From: Mytilus californianus
Lineage: Eukaryota
DNA length: 64,000 nucleotides
Direction: 5' to 3'
NCBI RefSeq assembly: GCF_021869535.1
Contig: NW_026262667.1
Coordinates: 2,356,001-2,420,000, forward strand
The position numbers and the translations under genes were made by a program. The notes under the pieces were generated by a model that worked only from the letters and a program-made list of their open reading frames with translations, was not told the origin of the DNA and did no database searches. This document shows positions 12,339 through 25,639 of this stretch, one piece after another; position 1 is the stretch's first letter, and each line of letters opens with the position of its first letter.

Positions 12339-13661
12339 ATAAGACTTAACTAGTTGCACTAAAATAAAAAAAAGTTGGAAAACTTAATTAAGTATGAATT
12401 TTAGGAGCATTGAAAACCAAAAATATTAAAAAATGTTGAGCAAATTCATACTATCTGAATAACAGGTTCACTGATAAGCTTTATGAATATTCAGAAAATG
12501 GATTGAGATAGTTTAGACAATAATGTTTACAATTTCCTCATATTCCGTGTACAAATCGTAATCAAATTATGTAAAAAAAATACAACCAAATATGTCCACT
12601 ACTTTAATAATTATAAGAAAACATCAAATAATCAATTGTTCATTATATTCTTGGTGTTTATTAACAATTGAGAGAACTTTTTTTTGCATTTTTGTCATTT
12701 TTTCATGGGATAGGGGGTATATATTTCAATTTTGAGAATAATCGTGAACAACAAAGCTGACAACCTGAAAATGTTAAGTAAGCTCATAACCTGGGCTTTC
12801 ATTTGATACCCTACATGAATATGTACTGAACTGTAGCATATTGGAAAAATTAGGCGTATGATATTCTATTCCAATTACCTTATGTCTACAATGTTTATTT
12901 TGGCGGCCATATTGGATTTTTTTTCGTGGTTCCATATCCAAAAATGTTCATTAACATCATAACTAACTTTGTACACATTTCTTATGATTTTATCATAAAG
13001 TGATCGATTATTCTGAAATCCGCTGGACTAACAGTTATGATTTGAAAACCGAGTAGTAAATAAATAAAACTTACTGTCAATTTCGTTTTTTAGATGAAAT
13101 GACAACTAACATTCGCAAGATAAGATTCATGAGAAATAAGACAAATTTATGCATAAATGTCTGTAACAGGAAATACACTTTTTATTTTCTCTGTTCTTGA
13201 ATTAATCGGAGTCACAATCATGTATTTTTATGATTTTCACCATTTGTTTGAACGGTTCAGAGATTTTTTGCTCTTGAGAACAGTCTGTAAAACTAGCTGG
13301 GTTAGGCCAGTAAAAAGTACCTAGTAAAATCAAGACAATGTTTATGAATTTTCATAAATGATAGTTTTTCAAGTCACTTATCAGTACGCTGTTTCTAATA
13401 TGAATAGTCACTTATTTGTTATTGGATATTTATGACTATATGTTAGTGGACGTAAGGCAAGTTAAAAATAAATCAATCATCTTGGAAACTTAAAATATTT
13501 CGCCTGTGTGAGAAATCATTTATACCTTAAAATGTCCAACAGAAATAAAAACTAAACTAAGGTCATCTACAGTCAAAGGGGTAAGAAATCCTTAGTGATT
13601 CGAATTATTTAACATTTCATAAACAGTAAATTTACAAATAATAACCGTATTAATGATATTA

Positions 13662-14851
13662 AATAAAATTGAGAATGGAAATGGGGAATGTGTCAAAGAG
13701 ACAACAACCCGACTAAAGAGCAGAAAACAGCCGAAGGCAACCAATGGGTCTTCAACACAGCGAGAAAATCCCGCACCCGAAGGCGGGTTTCAGCTGGCCC
13801 CTAAACAAAAATGTGTACTAGTTCAGTGAAAATGGACGTCATACTAAACTCCAAAACATATAAATGAACTAAAATTAAAAATCATACAAGACTAACAAAG
13901 GCCAGAGACTGCTGACTTGGGACAGGTGCAAAAATGCAGCGGGGTTAAACATGTTTAGTGAGATCTGAACCCTCCCCCTATACCTTTAGCCAATGTAGAA
14001 AAAACAAACGCACAGCAATACGCACAGTAAAACTCAGTTTAAAAGAAGTCCGAGTCCGATGTCAGAATAGATAACAAAAGAAACTAAGCAAAATGACAAT
14101 GATACATAGATAACAACAGACTACTAGCAGTTACTGACATGCCAGCTCCAGACCTCAACTTAACTGTTTGAAAGATTATGTCTTCATCATATGAAAATCA
14201 AGCACAATCCCACCCGTTAGGGGTTTAGTATCATACCATCATAAAAAATATGAGAAGAACATAACCCGTATCATGCTTAAACCCGCTGCAATTGTTTGCA
14301 CCTGTCCTAAGTCAGGAATCTGATGTTCAGTAGTTGTCGTTTGTTGATGTGGTTCATAAGTGTTTCTCGTTTCTCGTTTCTTATATAGATTAGACCGTTG
14401 GTTTTCCCGTTTGAATGGTTTTACACTAGTAATTTTTGGAGCCCTTTATGGCTTGCTGTTCGGTGTGAGCCAAGGCTCCGTGTTGAAGACAGTACTTTGA
14501 CCTATAATGGTTTACTTTTATAAATTTTGACTAGGATGGAGAGTTGCCTCATTGGCACTCATACCACATCTTCTTATATCTATTCACAACTGGTTTTAGA
14601 AGAAATGTGTTTATTTCCGATGCAAAGACCCTATGAGTGTATCAATATTAATACCAAGATATGCCATCTTTAATGACCTGACAACAGTATCGTAACTATA
14701 TCCCTTCTGAATAAGTCTGTTTAAAGGTTTGGTTAGCTTTTGAGGTGAATGCCGACATTTTTGTGCTTTGTAAAGAATATTAACATAAAAGATTGGATGT
14801 GAAATACCTGAAGGTATAAGATATCTGCATGTTGATTTATATTTACGAATC
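13662..14851 (-). mobile_element. 3' portion of a Naiad-type element (RT thumb plus 3' UTR) with a nested insertion
   Basis: ORF 14611-14850 reads DMIRKYKSTC...GISHPIFY...LTKPLNRLIQKGYSYDTVVRSL and is homologous to ORF 60256-60534. Confidence 0.75.
14277..14583 (+). mobile_element. Nested 3' end of another Naiad subfamily, in the opposite orientation
   Basis: Near-identical to the reverse complement of 63452-63750 and to 15962-16230. It ends in CATACCACATCTTCTTATATCTAT. Confidence 0.75.
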
Positions 14852-14945
14852 ATGTCAACACAGAAGTATTCGCTACTAAGCTGGTGATACCCTCGGAATG
14901 AAACGCCTGCCAGCAGTGGTACGGACCCAGTGATTGTAACCTTTC
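14852..14945. mobile_element. Retrozyme-like repeat fragment fused to the Naiad truncation point
   Basis: CATGTCAACACAGAAG...CTGGTGATACCCTCGG..GAAACG..CCAGCAGTGG...CCCAGTGATTGTAA matches the reverse complement of 63335-63425. Confidence 0.65.
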
Positions 14946-15399
14946 CCAAAATACCACAGTTATTATTGTGTTCCCAATACGCGTTTTATTTTCCAAACAT
15001 ACTAAACATGTTGTTAAATTATAGAGAAATTGTTCTATCACTACAAGAAAGATAACTGTTTTGAAGATTTAAATACATCAAACTGATGCCACAAGGAGTG
15101 CAGTGTGTATAGTATACTGTTTAGGAGAAAGAGGCGGAAGATACCAAAGGTATAGTCAAACTCATAAGTTGGAAAATACATGACAATGTTTTGGCGTAAA
15201 ACGGACAACGACCAAAAGACAAACAGCAGTCTACAAAACTAAAGGGTAAATGCCAAACCAAAATTTAAATTAAATGTAATTTGATTAGGGACTTTCCGTT
15301 TTGAATTTTCCTCGGAGGTCAGTATTTATTGATTTAACTTTTTGCATGTTATGATCAATAGCTTTGTGTCATAATCTACCAAGATTTTATAAGAGGGTA

Positions 15400-16360
15400 C
15401 TTTCCGTATCACCTGGAACTAAAAAAATCTTCGTTTTAAAGTAACTAATGGGAATCTCTCTTGAACACTTAACTCAAAAACATCAAAATTGATCTTTACC
15501 TTATTCTATGGACAATGACTCCGCATTCTAATTTCAAGATTTTGTCAAGAGGTCCTTTCATCCAGAAATTTAAAGAAAAAGATTTTTATGTTAAATAAGG
15601 GGCATAACTCTTAATGAAAATGTCCAAATGATTGAAATCTAATATGACCTGTATTTAATGATCAAGACATGGTGTTCAAATTTCAAAGTATTTTATCAAA
15701 TGGTACATGAATTATCATTTGAAATTAAATGAAAGTACAAACTTTAAAGGTAACTATGGATATATACCGGTAAATGCGAAAACCATCAAAATCGAACTTG
15801 ACCTGTTTTTGATGGTACATGACATTGTGCTTCAGTTTCAAAAGATTTGCTCATTCGGGATTACAATTATCATCCCGTAAACGAAGAAAACCAAATTGTA
15901 AAGGCAAGCGTAGGGGCATAACTCTTGAACATTACATGTCAAACAATCAAAATCAAACTTGAATCTGATGTTCAGTAGTTGTCGTTTGTTGATGTGGTTC
16001 ATAAGTGTTTCTCGTTTCACTTTTTATATATAGATTAGACCGTTGGTTTTCCCGTTTGAATGGTTTTACATTAGTCATTTTTTGGGGCCATTTATAGATT
16101 GCTGTTCGGAATGAGCCAATGCTCCGTGTTGAAGACCGTACTTTGACCTATAATGGTTTACTTTTACAAATTGTGACTTGGATTGAGAGTTGTCTCATTG
16201 GCACTCATACCACATCTTCTTATATCTATTGACCTGTACTTTATGATACATGACAATGCGCAAAAATTTAATTATCATCCGGAAACTAAACTGTGACGAA
16301 CAAACGGACAGACTGACATTTGCAACATTATATTCCTCCGTCTGCGTAGCGGTGGAAAAA
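15400..16360 (+). mobile_element. Helentron-type non-autonomous element (HINE-like) with a degenerate tandem core and a nested Naiad 3' end (15962-16230)
   Basis: Repeated AGGGGCATAACTC and AAATCGAACTTGACCTG modules, an ACGG/GACA microsatellite at about 16300, and a terminal CCG..CGG stem-loop at 16335-16357. Confidence 0.55.
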
Positions 16361-16444
16361 AGCCAAATCTGTCATTTATCTGTTTTATTGCATTAAATTA
16401 TCAATTCATTTACGATTGAACCACATTGCACATATTGTGATATA

Positions 16445-16760
16445 ATTATCGCCACAGGTGCGAACGGTCATGGTGTCGATTCAAGTCCGTGTCAAAAAAG
16501 CAATCTAAAATTGATATCGACTACTTCTTCGTTTAGCACTTGGCATTATGAAATAAGAGCAAAGACAGGTTAGGTCACACTCAGAATAATTTGTACTGTT
16601 TGACTGACATGTCTTTCCGGGGACGTTTTTCTAGTAAACCAGCACGTTATATATCTGGCTCTGCATGTTGGTCGAGAACAAATCAGGGTTAATATTCATA
16701 TCGCAATGATATGTTATCGTTCTGATGTTGCGAATGATGGGTAAAACATAGAAACGATAA
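16445..16760 (+). mobile_element. Degenerate tRNA-derived SINE with a Meta-like central domain
   Basis: B-box-like GGTGTCGATT followed by TTAGCAC...AAGAGCAAAGAC.GGTT....CAGAATAAT...GACATGTCT. Homologous to the reverse complement of 28345-28625. Confidence 0.55.
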
Positions 16761-17965
16761 AATTAAATTACAGATTTTATATATTTGGTTTTGTCGAGTT
16801 TGGATAATGTGATTATTTTTAGGTGGTCCCACAATTCCTTCTCAAATTTGTATATAGTTTAGCCAAATACTAAATGTGCAATACTTTTGTGTTCAAAATC
16901 ATTGTCTACGCTAAGAATGCAATGATACTACGAGTAAGATTTAATGTTAGTTGTTTAAGTATATTTATTTTGCGTCTAGTCTAACTTTCCAAATAAGATA
17001 AACACATAAGATCACAAACATATCCGTAGCAATCTAAACAAACCTTTGGCAATTTTTAACATCAAAATGACTTTTCAGTCATTTATTAAAAAAAGCAACA
17101 CAATTTTACAATGTGTTTGTTATGAATAAACTAATAATAAAAATAAAACATTTTATTCGGTTGTTTTGCATGTTTGTGATGTATGTTTTCACAGTTTTTG
17201 TTGATTGATCCCAATTATCGTCACATCAACCAGTTATGTACGTTTGGGTTGCTCGCCCAATTATGTCAATATAACGGAACAATAAACAACTGTCATACAA
17301 ATGGGAGGTTTAGCTAACTATAAAACCAGGTTTAACTCACCATTTTCTTCGAGAAATGCCTGTACTAAATTAGGAATATGACAGTTGTTTCCCATTCAAT
17401 ATAGTCTAACGTATGCATTTGTCATCAGGTTTTATTGACTTCCCGATTTCTGAATTTACCTTAGATTTAGGTATTTTTGTTAATACATTTTTTTTCAAAA
17501 GCAATAGAATACACGTTGTTATAATAAATATTAGACGCATCAGTGTCGTTATTATAACAAACATTGTACAATGTTGGGATATATCCATATGGCGGATAAT
17601 GAAAATAATCAATTGATAACTACGGAATAAAATCTATATATTACGGATGTTTCGGCATGCAACAAACTTTACCTATATTATAAAGTTTTCTTTTAAATTG
17701 TGAACAGTGTACAGTAAACTTGAAACTTTTTGCCTATTATATATAAAAAATAAGCATAATTAATTTTCAGTTGAAACAAAAAAAATAATCTTTGTATTCA
17801 TGGTATTACGTGTATGTAGTGAACTAAAAAGACATAACCTCTTTGGTTGATGTTCATTCATTATAGGCTTATATCAGATCTAGACATACACAACTATTTT
17901 CTAAAGTAAACAGTTTTATCATGAAGACATACAAAAGTGCAGCGCAGAATTTGACTCCGTTGTCA

Positions 17966-18416
17966 TTAATTTATTGCGCGAATGATTTCCTGCATAGGTG
18001 TAACCAGTGATAATCCTGACTTCGAACAGAAGGCAATTGCCATACCGACACATCCAGATTTCTCTTTCGTGTCTCCAGTGATGTAAATACATGTTCCTGA
18101 ATCCCCCAGTTGGAGTGGAATGTTCATAACCATTTGATTGTACATTGTAAAAATCCGCTTCTCGGTCAGAGTCCGACTTGTAGTTGCATGTGAGCAGGTT
18201 GAGTGATTAATAGTGGATGAAAGGTTAACCCATTTGCATGACCAATAAACTGACCATTATCTTGAAAACATACGTCGGTATGTGTTGGTCGCTGGAATGT
18301 CACTTTATCGTCTATTTTTGTAGATGCACCTTGAGCAACAATCGGCACAGTTTCTCTGGTACAACACAATTTCATATGATCGCAGGAATGCCGATTCACG
18401 AATTCTGAAGTTAGTT
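17966..18416 (-). CDS. Last exon of the protease gene, containing the catalytic Ser; broken by a frameshift or a short intron
   Basis: Acceptor CTTTCAG at 18417. Frame A gives VAQGAST; an overlapping frame gives TMYNQMVMNNSTPTGDSGTCIYI...GCVGMAIAF...LVTPMQEIIRAIN*, with the stop at 17966-17968. Confidence 0.75.
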
Positions 18417-19844
18417 CTGAAAGATAAGCATAAAAAACATTATTTTGTCTCATTTTCTCATTGTTGAAGGCTTTAAAGTATTGAAATAGATATTTGTATT
18501 TAGGTGTTTGCTGGATGATTGTCCCATGAGTGATCATACTACTTCCATTTTTATTGACACGATACCCTTTCTAAGTTGATATTGAAAGAACGAAAATGAA
18601 CAAAAAAGGAGTCGTTAAATTGACAGCAAAACAGTTTTTTGGTTTATTTTGAAAGCGCTTTCAGATTTGTTTAACCTGACACGTGCTGTGTCTATTTTCC
18701 AATCTCTCAAAGCTGTAAACCCTTAATGGCAATAGCAAAAATTGGCAATTTCGATTTTGACCTCCATATTTGTCATAAAAAACAACATTGTACCACATGA
18801 AAATCTTTGATTGAACGATCTACATGTTATTTCTGAGAAATGACATAACACGCACACGCCAATTTTTAATCTATCAGTAATCCTGAATCGTAAACATAAA
18901 ATTCGTCAATATCGATATTGATCTTCTCTTTGTCATCAGAAAGATCATATCAAAATCTTAAAAGTGTTTGTGGAACGGATTATAAATGTTTGCACAAATG
19001 CCAACAGCATGCCATTTTCCATCTATCAAGGACCAGCTATCAACTCCTAAACAGTAAAAGTGAAAATCATATCTAACTTGACTTCCATTTTGTTATCAGT
19101 AACAATATATCAAAATTTAAAAAGCATTTATGGAACAATTCATAAGCTAATTTGATATATCTTTCTTATGAAAGAGAAAGGCGGAAGATACTTAAGGGGT
19201 ATTCAATCTCATAAGTCGATTACAAACTGACAACGTCATGACAAAAAAATAACAAACGGCCTAAACACACACAATAGTATACCAAACACAAAATAAAATC
19301 TTAAGACTGAGCAACACGAACCCTACTGAAAACTGGCGGTCATCAGTTAAATGGAATCACTAAACAGCATTGGTATTGCTAGAAGGATATCGGGTGACCA
19401 TATGTTTATTCTTCAGTTCATTGTGTAGCATCACCTTCGGATACAGGTACCCCCGAAGCAAAGAAACAATGATAACAAAAGTAGCTATTCTAATCCCCGC
19501 ACAATAAACAACTATTCGCTGCTATTCGTCGTACAACTTTCTTTCTTAACATGAATTTCTCTGTGTAAACGATAGTTTGATTTTGTCAGTTATTATCGAC
19601 TTTCCATTTTTGAATTTGTCTTGGAGTTCGGTAAATTTGTTATACTTTTTTTCTTTTCTAACATTTGAGAAGTTACTCCTCAGAAAACAATATTAAAGAA
19701 CAAAAAGAAACAAAAATTGCCAAATAAACTTTTGTTAGAAATAAAGGTTAAGCATCAATATGTGAACAATGGTATACATGGGGGTAATACTATTAGAAAT
19801 CTTTTACTTAAGACCATAAAATAGATTTGGTAAAAATAGTATAC

Positions 19845-21023
19845 TTAAGCTGCTGGCTGGATGAGGAGCCCCATTGATGTCTCGTACAATATCGTTAGGA
19901 TCGATGAAAAAGTCAGACGGTTTTATTATGACTAAGCCTGCATCCACACTGGTTTTGTTAGGATCATCATGGTTGAAAACTCCACGGAAAACGTCACCAC
20001 AATGACTTTTACTTTTCTGACGATCCAAAAAAACTTTAATTTCCTCGTCATAACTAGGGTCATCTTTAGGAGCTAACAAGGTTGGAAGGCTGTATAACAC
20101 ATGGGCACATGTCAAAAAGCATTTAAACTTTCCTGCAATTCGATAAAAACCTCCCAAAGTTCCACACATAGTATCAGTGCCTATTTTATCTCCTATTCGT
20201 AACGGGGTTGAGGCCAAATAGCTATGGCCTTGCAAAACATCTGTTAGTTGGCCTTTGATGATCGATGGAAAATGGTTTTCACCGAGAGGAATGTACCCTT
20301 TTCTTTTACAAAATAGTTGAATGCAAAATGTTTGTGAAACTTTATGATCAAAACCATAATTTGTAGACTTCATGAATGAAGGACAAATCAAAGATAGATT
20401 TCTGTGTTGTTCAAACATTGTTGATGCAATTTGACCATCGATTTGATTCATTAGTAGACTGCTCGAAGAAGACCCATTATTGTCTGATATTTTTGACATA
20501 ATATCTTTCATTTCGTCAGTCGCTGCATTTCCTGTTTTACAAACGTTATCACAGCTGAATAATTTTATATCAAAATAAAAAAATGCAGCCGGCATACAAG
20601 AACGTTCATTTCCTTTCCATTCAATAGCTATTATCTTTTTTCCTGTAAGCAAACATACTTTTTTCGTACATGCATTGTGACATTCGCACTTATATGCTGG
20701 ATATATGTCGATGGCATTGTCATCCAATAACTTTTTATATTTCTTGTAGAATTGTCTTGTAACTTTCCAAGCCAAGGTTTTAATTGTTCCATTATTTCCA
20801 ACTTCAAAAGATTTAGACAATACTTGAACGATACATTCGTCTTCATACTGAAAGTGAGACAATAACCAACGGCAAACAAATGATAATTTGTTCTCAACAG
20901 CAGTAAGCAGTATTTCTTTGAATAAAAGTGATTCATGATGAGCGTTCATTAATGAGATAATTATCAAATACTCTGATTTCATTTTCCACTCAATTGTTAT
21001 TTCATCTAATTTATAAAACAACT
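19845..21023 (-). CDS. Main exon of a NAL1-like trypsin-fold (PA clan) serine protease with an N-terminal helical region
   Basis: An intact 405-codon ORF in 70% AT DNA, with acceptor TTTTTCAG at 21024. Motifs are CIQLFCKRKGYIPLGENHFP...TDVLQG, GTLGGF, FLTCAHV (His) and SVDAGLV (Asp). The probable donor is A|GTATAC at 19844. Confidence 0.85.
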
Positions 21024-21274
21024 CTGAAAAACAAAGTATATCATTACCAGATTACATTATTCATATGTATGTAAATTAATACATTTGTAGTAAAAGTCGA
21101 TGAGACTGCAACCTCACAACCCGGCAACAATATCATCAAAAGATATCTAGAGGCCAAAAAATCGTCTTTTAGTAATCGAAAATTTTCTATAAAATATGTC
21201 ATGCTCTTAATCTATCGCGTCTGCAAATCATCCAAATAACAAAACATTAAGACTGATGTACTAAATTAAATTAC

Positions 21275-21314
21275 CTTCGATGAGATTTGAGACATGGTGG
21301 CCACACAAACTCAT
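21275..21314 (-). CDS. Candidate first coding exon of the NAL1-like protease gene (MSLCGHHVSNLIE)
   Basis: An ATG with an upstream in-frame stop, 40 nt long, with a phase-1 donor G|GTAATT. This matches the phase-1 acceptor at 21023. Confidence 0.45.
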
Positions 21315-23515
21315 GTAGCACAGTTTTTAAATTTCACTCCCATTGTTATCTTAGTCGGTAAACAAAATAAAACGTACATACATGTTTTTTCCTTAAGAAT
21401 TAGTACGGGAAAAGGAGTACACTAAGTGAGATAGCAATGACAATAATGCAAATATCTGTTTAAACCTTGAATACATTAATGGAATAATCCGTATATTGCT
21501 TTCATATCAATATTTCATATTTTGTTTATTAGATATAAACGGAAGTGTTCCTGGAATTGTCCCTAAAATTCTAGTATCTGCATATCCTGAATGTTTATTA
21601 AATGCTGAATTATACTGAGATATGATAAATTTGATAGGTAACCAGATGACATAGCCATCAACTCGTAGTCGAGTGTTTTTTTAAGAAATGCACGTATTTT
21701 CGATTAAACCACTAAGAACCCTTGTTGGTAATATTCCTCCTAACCTGATTTATATCCTGATAAAAACGTAGTATCAGCCGGTAGATATGAGGTGGTTAAT
21801 TCTATGTATAGTTCAGATTAAAAAAAAAGCCGTTTATTATCATTTTGCGTGTTCCAAATGTGTCAAATGTGCATTTGTAATGGATGACTAAATGCGTCCA
21901 GGATAGTAACTTCTATATGGGTCATCTAAAAATGTCAAGGTAAGTACATGAAAATGCAAATTTTGATATATTGAACATTTTTTCTATTCAAAATTTACTG
22001 TTTTCACTATATAAGCAGAAAATGGTTGAAAAATATAATTCAAGGGCCGTAACTCCTATATCAGTGATTTTGACAATATTTTCATTTTTATTTCCGATTG
22101 TTGATAACTTCACTTTCAGTGTAAATATTTGCATATATAATTCGGACAAGAACAAAAAATAATTGATTCAGTAGGTAGGTTTTGCAAGGTGTACCAGCCC
22201 TGATGAAAGGTGGGAAATTTAACATTCAGAGAGCGTGTCAGTCTCCATACATGAGTCATCGGATTTTGTGACTTTTAGTACATCGGGGATATTTTTATTT
22301 GGAATGACTCAAATGTAAAATATCTTTCTGAAGACTGACTGACCCTTTTCCACTTTTGGATTTGTTCCAACTGAAACATCTTCCGAATTCAGCACTAACA
22401 GAGTTTTGTGGTTATGATAGGCAAGTAAAAACATTCTATTCCTTAGGAGAAAATTCGTATATGACCATTTGGTGTCCAATGTCATGAGAGAAAGGTTCCC
22501 ACGGTTTGTCATAAACGATGAAAATAATGATGTTCGATAAAAATTATAATTACATTAGATAAAACAAAAACTAAACATATAAAGGGGAATAAGTTCTTTG
22601 CGTCTTGTGATGAAAAATAAATATAAGGGGTAAGGGGCATTAACTACGATTTAGACAAAAAAATTATAGTGAGATATATATAAATATATTGATAATGAAT
22701 GCTATTACTAACTTTTGTTTCAGTGTTGTAAAAAATAAACTGAAAAACCTCACTGTTGTATAGAGTTATCTTGCAAGACAATAATTCGACCTCGTTTGAG
22801 TTCGTATGCATGCATTTGAAAACAAAATTGACGCTTAGTTGGAGAAAGTTTGCGCTTGTCAGTCGTGATTTATTATTTTTTTTATTTGGCCTTGATCACA
22901 GTTTTGATTCGAGCGCCACCGAGGAGTGTAATATAGACGGAATAACAAATTTTAAGCTTGGTTTGATGAGTTTTATTTGTTTGTATCAAACAAAATTATG
23001 AAAACTGACATTATTCTGCTGCTCGTTCTTACATTCTTTTGGATTGATGTTTACCTGTCTGTTCATATTTATAATTTTAACAAAGTCATTTAATAGTCGA
23101 CATTTTTTTTATATAATTTTAACAAAGTCATTCAATAGAAGACATTTTTCTTGGGTCATATCGAAGGGGAATTAGATAACTTTCAGTCGGGAATACACAT
23201 AAATGTTGATACTTTATAATTGAAGTACTGAATTAGGTTTAGTAAATATATATAATCAAATTTGAGAGTTTGAATCAATTTGGTGGGTACGGTATTGGTA
23301 GCCTATATCCCTTTAACAATGTATGTATACAAAACATTTATAAGCATTTAACGATATAAATACACTTGCCGTGAACAGTTACGTTAGAAGTGGAATTTTG
23401 GACTTTTGGACCATTGCAAAGTTTCATATGTAGTCTAACGTCAACAAAACACAGTATATTGATTCCATTACAATTTAAATCTCAAATAGCAAAATTATCT
23501 GTAACAAAATTTTGA

Positions 23516-24096
23516 AAAGGAGTAGGGGCATTAAGGCTCGGTTTTGGCCCAAGAAAATAAAATGTTTGACAACTACACCAAATTGGCACATTATGTTAGG
23601 AAATGCATAGAGTCAAGAAATATAAATGAAAACATAAGATTTTTTATCTGATGACGTCACAATTACGTTATGATATGTATCGTTTTCGTGAAAATGACGA
23701 AAAATACAGAATTTAAGCAGTTTTTCATCGTTATTGCCATTGTGGAAACATCATGCGCAACTAAGAAACAACAAAATAATTTAAGAGAAGCTTTTTCATA
23801 ACTATTGACATAATCTCACCAAATATAAAGTTGTTTCTTGGATGCGCACATACTTTGCCAATCTCAAATATACTTAAAATTTGATGAAAAACAAGGAAAA
23901 TCAAGAAATTTTACAAAATACAAGAATTTCGTCATGGTTTGTTACCATGGTTACTCGATCAATGTCAAATTTGTTTTTATTTTCTGAATACCTCGTACCT
24001 TAGTCTAGTTAGGACAAATTTAAGAATATGTAGGATAACTTTTAAATTTGCAGTAATATTTGGGCCAAATAATGGCCTTATTGCCCCTACTCCTTT
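23516..24096. mobile_element. MITE of ~580 bp with ~37-bp terminal inverted repeats
   Basis: The left end AAAGGAGTAGGGGCATTAAGGCTCGGTTTTGGCCCAA compares with the right-end reverse complement AAAGGAGTAGGGGCAATAAGGCCATTATTTGGCCCAA. No intact target-site duplication is visible. Confidence 0.8.
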
Positions 24097-25639
24097 GAGA
24101 CAAAAGAATCTTAGTTGTACAAAGCAGTTTACAAAATGTGGTTTATATAGTTGCTTACCTTTTACGTCAATTGGTCTCTGATGGAAAGCTGTGTCATTGG
24201 TAATTCTTTATATTTTTTATATTTTTTGGTTTTTATAGTTATGACTGTGGTTTGGATTGTTACAACCGTTTCAAATAAGTTGCATACATTTGCGTTGTCT
24301 TTTTTTTTTTTTTTTGGAGATTTCTGGGTTCGAGAGCTCGGAACCGCGACTCTTCACGGATGCAACGACAAAATTGATGGTGTAGATAATTTGTCAAGTT
24401 CCAGGTGAAGTGATCTCAATATATTAAATTTAGTTACAACTCTTTTCGATCTTATAAGGGTCACGGTCGTCGAAAATATGCACCACCTGCAGATAACATT
24501 ATGTCTATGGATGGATTTTTATCTTAGGTTTTAAAACTTTTGGGAATTCAAATAGAACAAATTTGTTTTCCATACCATTGGCAAAGCTCATCTAACTATT
24601 TCAAGAATTGCAAAACACTTCCAATATTAGTTTAAATTTTGTAAAGTACTATGGGTATTGTTATCCACAGACGTTTTGAACATGTGACAAATATCTCCAA
24701 GAATGAAGAATTTTTTTGTACCATCTGTACTTTACGTAGTTTTTTAAAACATATGTTTCGCTAATAAGAGTTTCAATACTATCAATATTAGCACATTTTC
24801 ATTAAAGCTGTGCAGAACACAAAACCTGGTTACTTAATCTGTCATTTCATTTGCCTACACAAGACCTATAGCGACCAATATTTTAAACCATTAGGTTACA
24901 AGAGAGACCTTTACATTCGTTTGTAAAATCCAAAACCTCTCTATTATTCTTTTTTTTATCGTCCCAATAATTCCTTTAAAAGTTTGCATTGTAAACAATG
25001 AACATCTTGCATAATTGTTAGCCAATTGCCAGAAATATCGAATTCCTCTGCCTTTCAACTGCAACTTCAGGTTACACATTGATGTAGTTGAAGACAATTA
25101 ATGCCAGAAAAAATGGTAAAGCGTAAGCCAGATGAAATAAAACTAGACACATCGTCTATACCGCTGTTCGGTCATGCTTACTTAAGACCATTAAAAAAAA
25201 CGGGCAAAGAGCACACGAATCTCTAACCCTTTCTATATGACCACGGTTAAGGATTTTTATCCTCTTTTTACGACAAATATGACGTTAATTCAGCAGAAAA
25301 AGCTCGAAACAATACTGTTTTTAATACAACAAAATCATTATTTGGAATATCAAACTCGATATTCGAAGTAAAACTCTGAATCTCACACATACCTATACAT
25401 CATCCACGAAAGAGGCGATTTTACAAAATTACAACCCGTCCTTCTCTCCTTTGGTTATAACTTACAGATGGGCGATGATAATTGTCGATCGTAATACTGG
25501 ATATCTAAACTTCCCAAAAATTCTGATAAAGAACAGTAAATAGCCGGGTCATCAAGATGTTCGACTTAAAATCTGTATAAAGTCATTAAATGTCATGATT
25601 AGTTATATTTAACAAGCCCTGTCAATCAGATGTAGATTC

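Noticed and set aside
22200-22230. CTGATGAAAGGTGGGAAA as a hammerhead
   Set aside because: No stem II pairing between the motifs.
23648-23705. CTGATGA...GACGAAA as a hammerhead
   Set aside because: The stem II register is off by one, there is no stem III or cleavage triplet, and it lies inside a MITE.
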